A DNA stretch of 64,000 nucleotides from positions 26,412,001 to 26,476,000 of the forward strand of contig NC_091987.1 in assembly GCF_044704955.1 (NCBI RefSeq), in the 5' to 3' direction. The notes below the pieces were generated by a model. It saw only the letters and a program-made list of their open reading frames with translations, ran no database searches and was not told where the DNA came from. Source of the DNA: Pristiophorus japonicus. Taxonomy: Eukaryota. The translations under genes were made by a program, and so were the position numbers. Below are positions 10,380-24,000 of the stretch, in pieces (within the stretch, counting starts at the first letter, position 1; each line of letters begins with the position of its first letter).

Positions 10380-13300
10380 GGGACTTGGACAGGTTAGGTG
10401 AATGGGCAAATGCATGGCAGATGACAGTATATTGTGGATAAATGTGAGGTTATCCACTTTGGTGGCAAAAACAGAAAGGCAGATTATTATCTGAATGGTG
10501 ACAGATTAGTAAAACGTGAGGTGCAACGAGATCTGGATGTCATGGTACATCAGTCATTGAAGGTAGGCATGCAGGTACAGCAGGCAGTAAAGAAAGCAAA
10601 TGGCACGTTGGCCTTCATAGCGAGCGGATTTGAGTACAGGAGCAGGGAAATCTTGCTGCAGTTGTACAGAGCCTTGGTGAGACCACATCTTGAATATTGT
10701 GCTCACTTTTGATCTCCTAATCTGAGGAAGGACGTGCTTGCTATTGGGGGAGTGCAGCGAAGGTTCACCAGACTGATTCCCGCGATGGCAGGACTGACAT
10801 ATGAGCAAAGAGTGGATCAGTTAGGCTCAAACTCAAATTGAGTTTAAAAGAATGAGAGGGGATCTCATAGAAACGTATACAATTCTGACGGGGCTGGACA
10901 GGTTAGATGTAGGAAGAATGTTCCCGCTGTTGGAGAAGTCCAGAACCAGGGGACACAGTCTAAGGGTAAGGGGTAAGCCATAAAGGACGGAGATGAGGAT
11001 AAACCAGACAGTCTGCACCTGGGCAGGACCAGAATCAATGCCCTAGGCGAAGTGTTTGCTCGTGCTGTTCGGGAGGAGATAAACTAATATGGCTCGAGGG
11101 ATGGGAACCTATGCAGGGAGACAGAGGGAAGTAGAATTGGGGCAGAAGCAAAAGATAGAAAGAAGAAAAGTAAAAGTGGAGGGCAGAGAAACCTAAGGCA
11201 AAAAGCAGAAAGGGCCACATTACAGGAAAATTCTAAAGGGGCAAAGTGAGTTAGAAAGACAAGCCTGAAGGCTCTGTGCCTCAATGGGAGGAGTATTTGG
11301 AATAAGGTGGACGAATTAACTGCGCAGATAGCAATTAACGGGTATGATGTAATTGGCATCATGAAAACATGGCTCCAGGATGACCAAGGCTGGGAAATCA
11401 ACATCGAGGGGTATTCAACATTTAGGAAGGATAGACAGAAAGGAAAAGGAGGCGGGGTGGCATTGCTGGTTGAAGAGGAAATTAATACAATAAAAGGAAA
11501 GGACATTAGCTTGGATGATGTGGAATCGGTATGGGTGGAGCTGCGGGATACCAAGGGGCAGAAAACGCTAGTGGGAGTTGTGTACAGACCACCAAACAGT
11601 AGTAGTAAGGATGGAGACAGCATCAAACAAGAAATTAGGGATGCATGCAATAAAGGTACAGTAGTTATCATGCGTGACTTTAATCTACATATTGATTGGG
11701 CTAACCAAACTGGTAGCAATGCGATGGAGGAGCATTCCTGGAGTGTATTAGGGATGGTTTTTGAGACCAATATATCGAGGAACCAATTAGGGAGCTGGCC
11801 ATCCTAGACTGGGTGATGTGTAATGAGAAAGGAATAATTAGCAATCTTGTTGTGCGAGACCCTTGGGGAAGAGTGACCCTAACATGGTAGAATTCTTTAT
11901 TAGGATGGAGAGTGACACAGTTAATTCAGAAACTAGGGTCCTGAACTTAAGGAAAGGGAACTTCGATGGTTTGAGGTGTGAATTGGCTAGAATAGACTGG
12001 CAAATGATACTTAAAGGATTGGCGGTGAATAGGCAATGGCAAACATTTAAAGATCACATGGATGAACTTCAGCAATTGTACATCCCTGTCTGGAATAAAA
12101 ATAAAATGGGGAAGGTGGCTCAACCGTGGCTAACAAGGGAAATTAAGCATAGTGTTAAATCTAAGGAAGAGGCATATAAATTAGCCAGACGAAGCAGCAA
12201 ACATGAGGACTGGGAGCAATTTAGAATTCAGCAGAGGAGGTCAAAGGATTTACTTAAGAGGGGGAAAATGGACTCCGAGAAGAAGTTTGCCGGGAACATA
12301 AAAACTGACTGCAAAAGCTTCTACATATATGTGAAGAGGAAAAGATTAGTGAAGATAAACGTAGGTCCCTTGCAGTCGGATTCAGGTGAACTTATAATGG
12401 GGAACAAAGAAATGGCTGACCAATTGAACAAATACTTTGGTTCTGTCTTCACGAAGGAAGACACAAAAAACCTTCCGGAAGTACCAGGGGACCGAGGGTC
12501 TAGTGAGAAGAAAGAACTGAAGGATGTCCTTATTAGGCGGGAACTTGTGTTCGGGAAATTGATGGGATTGAAGGCCGATAAATCCCTTGGGCCTCATAGT
12601 CTGCATCTCAGAGTATTTAAGGATGTGGCCCTAGAAATGGTGGATGCATTGGTGATCATTTTCCAACAGTCTATCGACTCGTGATCAGTTGCCATGGACT
12701 GGAGTGTAGCTAATGTAACACCACTTTTTAAAAATGGAGGGAGAGAGAAGGCGGGTAATTATAGACCAGTTAGACTGACATCAGAGGTGGGGAAAATGTT
12801 GGAATTAATTATTAAGGATGAAATAGCAGCGCATTTGGAAAAGGATCTGTCCAAGTCAGCATGGATTTATGAAAGGGAAATCATGCTTGACAAATCTTTT
12901 GGAATTTTTTGAGGATATAACTAGTAGAGTGGACAAGGGAAAACCAGTGGATGTGGTTTATTTAGATTTTCAAAAGGCTTTTGACAAGGTCCCACACAAG
13001 AGATTGGTGTGCAAAATCAAAGCACATGGTATTTGGGGTAATAAACGGACTTGGATACAGAACTGGTTGGCAGAGAGGAAGCAGACAGTCGGGATAAACG
13101 GGCCCTTTCAGAATGGCAGGCAGTGGCTATTGGAGTGCTGCAGGGCTCAGTGCTGGGATCCCAGCTCTTTACAATATACATCAATGATTTGGATGTAGGA
13201 ATTGAGTGTAATATCTCCAAGTTCGCAGATGACACTAAACTGGGTGGTGGTGTGAGCTGTGAGGGGGATGCTAAGAGGCTGCAGGGTGACTTAAACAGGT

Positions 13301-14400
13301 TAGTTGAGTGGGCAAATACATTGTAGATGCAGTATAATGTGGATAAATGTGAGGTTATCCAATTTGGGGCAAAAACACGAAGACAGAATATTATCTGAAT
13401 GGCGGCAGATTAGGAAAAGGGGAGGTGCAACGAGACCGGGGTGTCATGGTTCATCAGTCATTGAAAGTTGGCATACAGGTATAGCAGGCGGTGAAGAAGG
13501 CAAATGGCATGCTGGCCTTCATAGCTAGGGGATTTGAGTATAGGAGCAGGGAGGTCTTACTGCAGTTGTATAGGGCCTTGGTAATACCGCACCTGGAATA
13601 TTGTGTTCAGTTTTGGTCTCCTAATCTGAGGAAGGACGTTCTTGCTATTGAGGGAGTGCAGCAAAGGTTCACCAGACTGATTCCCGGGATGGCTGGACGA
13701 ATAGATGAGGAGAGACTGGATCAACTGGGCCTTTATACATTGGAGTTTAGAAGGATTAGAGGAGGTCTGATAGAAACATACAAGATTCTGATGCGACGGG
13801 ACAGGTTAGATGCGGGTAGATTGTTCCCGATGTTGGGGAAGTCCAGAACCAGGTGACACCTTCTTAGGATAAGGGTTAGGCCATTTATGACTGAGATGAG
13901 GAGAAATTTTTTCACTCAGAGTTGTTAACCTGTGGAATTCCATGCCACAGAGAGTTGTTGATGCCAGTTCATTGGATATATTCAAGTGGGATTTAGATAT
14001 GGTCCTTATGACTAAGGGGATCAAGGGGTATGGAGAGAAAGTGGGAAAGGGGTACTGAGGGAATGATCAGCCATGATCTTATCGAATGCAGGCTCAAAGG
14101 GCCGAATGGCCTACTCCTGCACCTATTTTCTATATTTCTATGTTTCTAAACTTTTTCACCCAGAGAGTTTTGAACCTGTGGAATTCTCTGCAACAAAATA
14201 TTGTTGAGTCCAATTCGTTGGACATTTTCAGAAGGGAGGTACATGTGGCCCTTATGGCTAAAGGGATCGGGGGTATGGAGGGAAGGCTGGGGTGGGATAC
14301 GAGGATGAATGATCAGCCAGGATCTTATTGAATGGCAGTGCAGGCTCGATTGGCCGAATGGCCTGCTCTTGCACCAATTTTCTATGTTTCTATGTTTCTG
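10380..14400 (+). mobile_element. Stacked CR1 LINE copies, including a long degenerate copy (ORF1 end, APE endonuclease, RT, tail)
   Basis: ORF fragments with YRPP (APE), [11 protein letters not shown] and KFADDTKL (RT); many stops; TTCTATGT tails at about 14140 and 14395. Confidence 0.9.
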
Positions 14401-14676
14401 TAGTGAAAATTAATTTCCTCCGTTTGGGGGAATCCAAAACATAGGGACCCAATCTTCAAATTAGAGTCAGGTCATTCAGGCATTTCATCAGAAACCACTT
14501 CTTCAGAGAAACAGTAGTGGAACTATGGCAATCTCGCCTCCAAGATGCTGTTGAGGCTCGGGCTCAAAGCAGCCTTCAAAGCAGAGCATGATATATTTCT
14601 GGTTGGGTAAGGGTATCTCGGGATTTGCAGCAAAGAAGTTAAATAATGCTCGGCCGTAATGTAGCTGAATGGCACA

Positions 14677-15012
14677 GCAGGCTCGAAGGGCTGAATGGCC
14701 ATCTCCTGTTTCTGTGTAACAGGCTCGAGGGGCTGCATGGGCCTCCTCCTGCTCATGTGTAATGCGATAGAGGGGCTGAATGTCATCCTCCTCTTGCTGT
14801 GTAACAGGCTCGACGGACTGAATGGCCTCCTCCTGTTCCTGTGAAACGGGCTCGAGGGGCTGAATGGCCTCCTCCTGTTCATGTGTAACAGGCTCGAGGT
14901 GCTGAATGGCCTCTTCCTGTTCCTGTGTAACAGGCTCGAGGGGCTGAATGGGCCTCCTCCTGTTCCTGTGTAACAGGCTCGAGGGGCTGAATGGCGTCCT
15001 CCTGTTCCTGTG
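14677..15012 (+). repeat. ~41-bp LINE-tail minisatellite
   Basis: Same unit as 890-1310. Confidence 0.9.
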
Positions 15013-15632
15013 TTGCTTTTGAATCATATTCCAGGCAGTGTTGTGTTTCATGGCCAAGAGCGCCCTCTATAAACCTTGTGAAGAAAGAATGCACAATGTC
15101 AGTTTTTTAAAAATGTTTCCTAGCATTCCATTTTTCCACATTTCATTCTCGCTTTTTACTATCCTTCTGTCTGTCTGTCACTCTTTCTTTTCACTACCTT
15201 CAATTCCTTTTCATTCTTTCGTTCATTCTTTGTGTCTTTCTTTCAATCTTCCTTTATTTCTTACCCGCTTTCTTCTTTTCTTTCAATTATTCTTCCAATA
15301 TCCTTTCCTTCTACCTTTCTTCTCCACGCCATAGCCTACACAATAGGTTGTTAATCTTTAAAGATCTGACATGCCACCCCTCAGCCTTCCATATTCTGGA
15401 CACAACAGGCCCAGCCTGTTCAGCATTTCCTGATAGCTTGAACCTCTCAATTCTGGTGTCAGATGTACTAATCGTTCTTTGCACATTCTCCACTGCCATA
15501 GTATCTAATCTCTCATTTTTATTCTAACACGTCTCTACGTCTAGTCAAAACTATGCTGCTGTGTAAAATAAACCGAACATAACTCGGCACAGCGCTGTTT
15601 CACCATCCACAGGTGTTTCCTGCCGCCTTTGG

Positions 15633-16198
15633 GGTTTGTGTCGAGCCCCTCCATCTCCCTGAGTCACTGCGCAGACGCTAGGCGCAGTAATACACGGCTG
15701 ACTGATCCGCCCGCAGGCAGGAGGACTTCAGGTTCAACTCGTTGTCATTCGGTCGCTCGGCGGTAAAACCGTCCACGGACCCCTCTGGGTGCCCGTCGAG
15801 TAAAACATCAACTGCGGCTCCTTCCCCCGGTCCTGTCTGTACCACAATATATTCGGGGTACTGGTGTCCTCCAAATCACATTTCAGTTCCATTCCCTGCC
15901 CAGGAAATCTGGAGACAGCGGCGGCTTGTCCGTGAGTTCACATCTGGGAAAGGGACGGTGAGAGAAAGACGTCAGTGAGCACGGGCATTCTGGGGGCTGA
16001 AATAAGAAATAAGGAAATGAGAGAAAGAGAGAGAAAAAGAGAGAGAGAAGTAGTGAAAGTGAAAAGGAAAGAAAGAAGTAAAGAAAGAACGAAAGAAAGA
16101 AGAAAAGAGAAAAGAAAGAAAACTGTTATTAGCAAGATTTATATTTTTAAAAGTGCCTTATGGTGAAACAGCATCATCAGACCTAGTAACAGATATAT
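15633..16198 (-). pseudogene. TRBV: TCR V pseudogene V4 (paralog of V1), including RSS 15633-15671, V exon 15672-15943 and leader ~16162-16198
   Basis: YYCA* stop; exon 24 nt shorter than in paralogs; leader start ATA with ATAAGG donor; heptamer CGCAGTG. Confidence 0.85.
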
Positions 16199-16900
16199 CT
16201 TTCAAATGAAGCTTTTCCCTTAATAATGAAAGGAGCGATAACAGGAGCGTGGTGTCTGCAAGGAAAATATGAAGAACATAAAGAGTTTTTATGAATTTGA
16301 AAGTCCCTACCCTCTCTGATTCACAGCCCTGTCTCTCTGCCTCTCCCCGGCTGATGCTCCCACTCGTCCCTCTCTGATTGGCCGTGAGTGGAGGAGATGG
16401 GAACAGGAAATTGCACTGTGGACATAGAGAGATTAAGTGAGTGAGCAAAACAGTCACATTTGTTGGAAAGTGTGACTTCATCCACGTTGGACCGAGGAAG
16501 GATATATCAGAGGACTTTCTATATGGTGAGAATCTAGAAACTGTGGAGGAGTAATAGGATTTACAGGTGCAAGTAAACAACTCATTAAAGCCAGTAGGAA
16601 AGTATAAAAAAAATCAAAAAGCCTTGATCTCAACAGGGCTGAAATATAAAGGGGCGGATGCTATTCTGCAGTTGTATACAGCAATGGGCAGACTCACTCT
16701 GGAGGAACTGCATTCAGGCCTGGGCACCGCACTTCACGAAGGATATATTGGCCTTGGAGAGTTGGTGGCACAGAATCACTAGAATGATCCGGGGCTAAAA
16801 GGGTTAAATTGCGACGACAGATTGGACATACGTGTATTCCATTGAATGTAGAAGATTATGCTATGATCTAATTAAGGTTTAGAAAATGTTAAAAGGAGTT

Positions 16901-18655
16901 ACATAGAAACATAGAAACATAGAAGATAGTTGCAGGAGTAGGCCATTCGGCCCTTTGAGCCTGCACCACCATTCAATATGATCATGGCTGATCATTCACC
17001 TCAGTACCCCTTTCCCGCTTTCTCTCAATACCCTTTGATCCCTTTAGCCATAAGGACCACATCTAACTCCCTCGTGAATATATCCAATGAGATGGCATCA
17101 ACGACTCTCTGCGGCAGGGAACTCCACAGGTTAACAACTCTCTGAGTGAAGAAGTTTCTCCTCATCTCAGTCCTAAATAGCCTACCCCTTATCCTAAGAC
17201 TGTGTCCCCTGGTTCTGGACTTCCCCAACATCGGGAACATTCTTCCCGCATCTAACCTGTCCCATCCCGTCAGAATCTTATACGTTTCTATGAGATCCCC
17301 TCTCATCCTTCTAAACCCCAGTGTATAAAGACCCAGTTGATCCAGTCTCTCCTCATATGTCAGTCCAGCCATCCCTGGAATCACTCTGGTGAACCTTTGC
17401 TGCACTCCCTCAATAGCAAGAACGTCCTTCATCAGATTAGGAGACCAAAACTGAACACAATATTCGAGGTGAGGCCTCACCAAGGCCCTGTACAACTGCA
17501 GTAAGACCTCCCTGCTCCCACACTCAAATCCCCTAGCTATGAAGGTCAACAGGCCATTTGCCTTCTTCACCGCCTGCTGCACCTGCATGACAACTTTCAA
17601 TGACTGATGAACCATGACACCTAGGCCTCGTTGCACCTCCCCTTTTCCTAATCTGCCGCCATTCAGATAATATTCTGCCTTCGTGTTTTTAACACCAAAG
17701 TGGATAACCTCACATTTATCCACATTATATTGCATCTGCTATGCATTTTCCCACTCTCCTAACCTGTCCAAATCACCCTGCAGCCTCTTAGCATCCTCCT
17801 CACCGCTCATACCGCCACCCAGTTTAGTGTCATCTGCAAACTTGGAGATGTTACCCTCAATTCCTTCATCCAAATCATTAATGTATATTGTAAAGAGCTG
17901 GGCTCCCAGCACTGAGCCCTGCAGCACTCCACTAGTTACTGCCTCCCATTCCGAAAAGGACCCGTTTATCCCGACTCTCTGCTTCCTGCCTGCCAACCAA
18001 TTCTCTATCCACGCCAGTACATTACCCCCAATACCATGTGCCTTGATCTTGTACACCAATCTCTTATGTGGTACCCTGTCAAAGGCCTTTTGAAAGTCCA
18101 AATACACCACATCCACTGGTTCTCCCTTGTCCACTCTACTAGTTACATCCTCAAAAAATTCCAAAAGATTTGTCAAGCATGATTTCCCTTTCATAAATCC
18201 ATGCTGACTTGGTCTGATCCTGTCACCTTTTCCAAATGCGCTGCTATTTCATCCTTATTAATAGATACCAACATTTTCCCCACTACTGATGTCAGGCTAA
18301 CCGGTCTATAATTACCCGTTTTCTCTCTCCCTCCTTTTTTAAAAAGTGGTGTTACATTAGCTACCCTCCAGTCCATAGGAACTGATCCAGAGTCGATTGA
18401 CTGTTGGAAAATGATTACCAATGCATCCACTATTTCTAGGGCCACCTCCTTAATACTCTGGGATGCAGACAATCAGGCCCTGGGGATTTATCGGCCTTCA
18501 ATACCATCAATTTCCCCAACACAATGTCCTGCCTAATAAGGATATCCTTCAGTTCCTCCTTCTCACCAGACCCTCGGTCCCCTAGTACATCTGGAAGGTA
18601 ATTTCTGTCTTCCTTCATGAAGACAGAACCAAAGTATTTGTGCAGTTGGTCTGCC
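16901..18655 (-). mobile_element. 5'-truncated CR1 LINE (RT region and tail)
   Basis: RT ORF fragments 17025-18472; (CATAGAAA)n tail at 16901; absent from the paralogous unit at about 3200. Confidence 0.9.
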
Positions 18656-18872
18656 TGTATAAGAGGCTCGAGGGGCTGAATGGCCTCCTCCTGTTCCTGT
18701 GTAACAGGCTCGAGGGGCTGAATGGGCCTTCTCCTGTTCCTGTGTAGGAGGCTCGAGGGGCTGAATGGGCCTCCTACTCTTCCTGTGTAAGAGGCTCGAG
18801 GAGCTGAATGGCCCCCTCCTGTTCCTATGTAACATGCTCGAGGGACTGAATGAACCTCTTCCTGTTCCTGTG
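18655..18872 (+). repeat. ~41-bp LINE-tail minisatellite
   Basis: About 5 copies of the same unit. Confidence 0.85.
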
Positions 18873-19488
18873 TTCATTTTGAACTCGGTTCCAGGCACTG
18901 GTGTGTCACGGGGTCCTAGAGCGCCCTCTATTGTACCTTAGGAGAAAGAAAACACAATGTCAGTGTTCGAACAATGTATTTTACTTGCATTCCTTCTTTC
19001 CATATTTCGTTCTACTTTTTTTAACTATCGTTCTGCCTTTCTAGCTTTCTTACTTTTCTCCATCTTTCCTTCCTTCTCTATTGTTTGCTGCTTGTATTTT
19101 TTCTTTCATTCTTCCGTATCGTCTTTCTTTCCCTCTTTCTTCCTTTCTTTATTTTATTCTTCATTCCGTTCTATTATTCTCTACACCCTGTAATATATAA
19201 CACATTGTTAATCTTTAGCGGCCTCTGTCAGGTCACCCCTTAGCCTTCTCTTTTTTAGACAAATCAGTCCGGCCTCTCAGGATGTACTGGCGTTGCAATC
19301 TCTCAATTCTGGTGTGCTACTTGTTAATCTTCATTTTCACCTTCTCCAGTGACTCTACATCTAACCTCTTACTTTTATGCTAAACCCTCTTTACTACTTT
19401 TCAACACAGTGTTAACTCAGTAAAATAAACCCAACATAGCTCGGCACCGCGCTGTCTCACCATCCACAAGTATTTCCTGCCATGGTGG

Positions 19489-19527
19489 GGTTTGTGTCGA
19501 GCCCCACCATCTCCCTGAGTCACTGTG
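19489..19527 (-). other. Canonical 23-RSS of V5
   Basis: CACAGTG 19521-19527, 23-nt spacer, ACACAAACC 19489-19497. Confidence 0.95.
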
Positions 19528-20097
19528 CAGACTCCAGGCGCAGTAATACACGGCCGACTGATCCACCCGCAGGTCGGAGGACTTCAGCTTCAACTCGTTG
19601 CCATTTGGTCGCTCGGCGATAAAACCGTCCACCGTCCCGTCTGGATCCACGTAATTGGTAGTCGTGGAGTAAAACATCAAATGCGGCTCCTTCCCCAGGT
19701 CCTGTCTGTACCAGTAGATTTGAGGGGTACTGGTGCTCTTCACATCGCAATTGAGTTGCACTCCGTGCCCGGTCAATCTGGACACAGCCCCGGGAGTCTG
19801 GCGGATGGTCTGTGAGTTAACGTCTGGGAAAGAGACGGGGAGAGGAGGAGATCAGTAAACAGGAACAATCGGGAAATGCACCGGGATAGAATCGAAGTAT
19901 GGAAACACCGAAAGAAAGGTAGAAGTAAGGGAAGGAAGAAATAAAATTAAGAAAGCAAGGATGGAAGAAGGAAAGAAAGATAGAAAGAAAGTCAGAAATA
20001 ATGATATAAAGTGTAATGAGCGGCTATTCACAACGTTTATTGAGTTAAATAATCACGTACATTGAAATAACATCACGAGACTCAGTAACAGATACAT
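19528..20097 (-). CDS. TRBV: TCR beta V segment V5 (TRBV30-like), apparently functional: leader 20061-20097, V exon 19528-19823
   Basis: MYLLLSLVMLFQ/YVNSQTIRQTPGAVSRLTGHGVQLNCDVKSTSTPQIYWYRQ...YYCAWSL; GT-AG intron; open frame; intact RSS. Confidence 0.9.
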
Positions 20098-20218
20098 CTT
20101 TTACTTTAAGATATATTTTTAAAAATGAAATCAGCGAAAATAAGAGCCTTGAGTCTGTGAGGATCCAACCCGCTCCTTCCAAATTATTGAGGAAACATGG
20201 GAAGGGTAAGCAATAGTG

Positions 20219-20357
20219 TCCCCGCCCCCTCGGATTGGCAACCCAGCCCCTCCCCCTTTGATTGGCAGACCCGCTCCTCCCCCTCTGATTAAGAGCCCAG
20301 CCCCTCCCCCTCTGATAGGAAGCCCACCCCCCTCTGATTGGCAGGGAGTAGAGCCAA
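20219..20357 (-). promoter_or_regulatory. CCAAT/GC-box array upstream of V5 (partly decayed)
   Basis: Paralog of 4945-5087; three of five units retain CCAATC. Confidence 0.55.
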
Positions 20358-21329
20358 TGGGAAGCAGGAAGTTGCAAAGGGACCCAAACAGATTGTGAAT
20401 GATATAACCAGTGACAGGTGGATTTTGAGGTGAGCAAGTCTGAGGTGACCCTCGCCGGTCTGAGGATGGAAGGTCGGAGAATTGTCTAACTGCTGTGATG
20501 CTGGCAACTGGGAAGGAGCAAAGGCAGTGATGTGCTCGGGGCACAAATCACTAAAAGCCCGGAGAGAGATGCAAAAAGGGATCTAAAGTTCGAATGGGAT
20601 GTTGGCCTTTATATCAAGGCGGCTGGAATACTAACGGGAGGAAGTTCTGCTCCAATTGTACAGAGCCTGGGTCAGACTCTGGAACATTATGGTCAGTTCT
20701 GGGGAACGCACCTCAGGGAGGATACAGTGGCCTTGGAGGTAGTGCCACGCAGATTGACCAGAACGATAGTGGGGCTCAGAGGGTTACATTGTGGGTGCAT
20801 ATTCATAGACTAGGCTTCTATTTATTTCAGTGTAAAAGATTGAGTGTTGAAATAATTGTGTTTTTGTAATGTTAAAAGTCAGTGCTGCGGTAGATACATA
20901 GAGACTATTTTCTCTGGTGGAGGAGTCTGGAACAAATAGAGCGAGGAATTTCAGGCGTGAGATCAGAAAGCACCTTTTTACATAAAGGGCTGCGAGACCA
21001 GGTTTGGAGCTTGTCGATAGCAGCAGGTTCTGGGATGGTATTTGGGTAAAAATCATGTCTCACCCATCCCGCCTGGGAAACTAATACATAATCTGGGCCG
21101 TTGGAGAACTGTTTCATTCGCCGCTCATGTAAAAGACACGGATGTTAATGGATATTTTCTCATTTTACACCCTCCTAACAGATAGCGGGAGATACATTTA
21201 GAGAGAGGGCGAAAGGGAGAGAGAGGGGGAGAGAGACGTGGAGAGAGTGAACGAGGGAAGCGATGGTTGCGAGACACGGAGTGATGCAGCGGGATGGAGA
21301 GAGGGGGAGAGGGAGAGATCTGAGAAAAT

Positions 21330-21530
21330 GTATCTATCTATCGGTCTAGCTATCTATCTATCGGTGTCTATCTGTCTATAGCTAGTGTTATGTCTATCTG
21401 TCTGTCTTACTCTCCATACATCTGTGTATCTATGTATCTGTCTATCTATCTATGTAACTCTCCGACAGTTTACCTATGTCTATACCTATCTATCCCTCTG
21501 CCCATCTATCTGCCCATGTATGTGTCATCA

Positions 21531-21616
<86 letters not shown>

Positions 21617-21617
21617 A
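21330..21617. repeat. (TCTA)n microsatellite
   Basis: Pure TCTA run at about 21530-21617. Confidence 0.95.
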
Positions 21618-21689
21618 CTTTAGAACCAGTTAGGGGTCAGTGCCTGTGACGGGCGGTTGTCTGTCACAAGGTTCAGTCCGAGTGTTGGT

Positions 21690-21985
21690 CTCTGTGCAGC
21701 ATTGCAGGCACTGACATACCGCGCCGTGTCGTTCTGCGGCACTGCCGATACCTGCAGACAGGAGATTTCTGCAGTTTTCTTCGCGCAGAATCGCTCGGTG
21801 ATCCGGGCGGACCTCGGGTCCTCACCTTGCCCCGCCTGTAGGATGTGCTGTGGTCCCAGGGCCCGGGAGCTGACTATACCGCTACATGCAAGGATCAGTC
21901 CCGAGGTGGGTACACGGGCGAGATACAGACTCGCTCTCGAGCACCCACACACACTACCGGGACTGCACTGGCTTCTGATACTCCC
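21690..21985 (-). pseudogene. Decayed TCR V pseudogene V6 (duplicate of V3)
   Basis: Near-identical to 7164-7460; CACAGAG at 21690-21696. Confidence 0.7.
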
Positions 21986-22841
21986 TAAATGCTCGAATCG
22001 ATTTACTCTCCATATTTTTACTTAAAATCTAATTGACTGATTAGAGGAGTTAATAGGGTAGATAAACTATTCCCATTGTGGGTGGAGTCCAGAGCAAGTG
22101 GGCAGAACCTTAAAATTAGAGCCAGGATATTCAGGGTGACGTCAGGAAGCACTTCAGGCAAAGGGTAGTGGAGCTCTGGAACTCTGTCCCCCCAAAATGC
22201 TGTTGACGCTGGGCATCAGTTGCAAATTTCAAAACTGAACTTGATAGATTTTTGTTGAGTAAGGTTATTAAAGATGATGGGACCAAGGCGGCAGGTGGCA
22301 TTCAGAAACAGATCAGCGCTGATCAGGTTGGATGGCGGAACAGGCTCGAGGGGCTGAATGACCTCCTCCTGTTCCTATTGTTCATTAACGGACATATTTG
22401 ATCTGCTCTGCCATTGACATCCTGGCTTTAGTCGATTTGACAAAACCAGAAAAGTATTCTTAATCCACAGGCGCGTATAGTGATTTGGGATCACTCCCTG
22501 TTATAGGGACAACTATCGAGGACAGACTTGGGAAATGTCACCCACAGATTTACACAATACAGGAATAACCCTGTTCACTAAAAGGCCATCCTGCCTTCAT
22601 TTCTCTCATTTAATTGTCACTGAACTGCTACAGTCTATTTNNNNNNNNNNNNNNNNNNNNNNNNNNNNNNNNNNNNNNNNNNNNNNNNNNNNNNNNNNNN
22701 NNNNNNNNNNNNNNNNNNNNNNNNNNNNNNNNNNNNNNNNNNNNNNNNNNNNNNNNNNNNNNNNNNNNNNNNNNNNNNNNNNNNNNNNNNNNNNNNNNNN
22801 NNNNNNNNNNNNNNNNNNNNNNNNNNNNNNNNNNNNNNNNN

Positions 22842-24000
22842 CATAAGAAATTGTCTATTTCTGTCTTAAATTTATTCAATGCCCCAGCTTCCACAGCTCT
22901 CTGATGCAGTGAATTCCACAGATTTACAAGCCTCTGAGAGAAGAAATTTCTCCTCATCTCAGTTTTAAATGGGCGGCACCTTATTCTAAGATCATGTCCT
23001 CTAGTTCTCGTCTCCCCCATCAGTGGAAACATCCTCTCTGCATCCACCTTGCCAAGCCCCCTCATAATCTTATACGTTTCGATAAGATCACCTCTCAATC
23101 TTTTGATGTCCATTGAGTATAGGCCCAACCTACTCAACCTTTCCTCATAAGTCAACCCCCTCATCTCTGGAATCAACCTAGTGAACCTTCTCTGAACTGC
23201 CTCCAAAGCAAATATATCCTTTCGTAAACATGGAAACCAAAACCGGACGCAGTATTCCAGGTGTGGCCTCACCAATACCCTGTATAACAAGAATTCCCTG
23301 CTTTTATACTCCATCCCCTTTGCAATAAAGGCCAAGATTTCATTGGCCTTCCTGATCACTTGCTGTACCTGCATCCTAACCTTTTGTGTTTCATGCACAA
23401 GTACCCCCAGGTCCCGCTGTACTGCGGCACTTTGCAATCTTTCTCTATTTAAATAATAACTTCCTCTTTGGTTTTTTTCTGCCAATGTGCATGACTTCAT
23501 ACTTTCCAACATTATATCCATCTGCCAATTTTTTGCAGATTCACTGAGCCTGCCTATTTCCTTTTGCAGATTTCTGTGTCCTCCTCATACATTGCGTTCC
23601 CTCCCATCTTTGTATCTTCAGCAAACTTGGCTACGTTACACTCAGACCCTTCTTCCTAATCGTTAGTATAGATTGTAAATAGTCGGAGTCCCAGCATTGA
23701 TCCCTGCGACACCCCACTAGTTATTGATTGCAAAGCCAAGAGTGAACCATTTATCCCGACTCTCTGTTTTTTGTTAGTTAGCCAATACTCTATCCATGCT
23801 AATGTATTACTCCCCACCCTATGAACGTTTATCTTGTGCAGTAACCTTTTACCTGGCATCTTGTCAAATGCCTTCTGGAACTCCGAATACATCACATCCA
23901 CTGATTTCCCTTTATCCACTCTGTTCGTTACATCCTCAAAGAATTACAGCAAATTTGTCAAACATGACTTCCCCTTCATAAATCCATGCTGAATCTGCCT
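22842..24000 (-). mobile_element. CR1 LINE fragment (RT)
   Basis: ORFs 22628-23521 and 23656-23919 carry CR1 RT/C-terminal motifs. Confidence 0.85.
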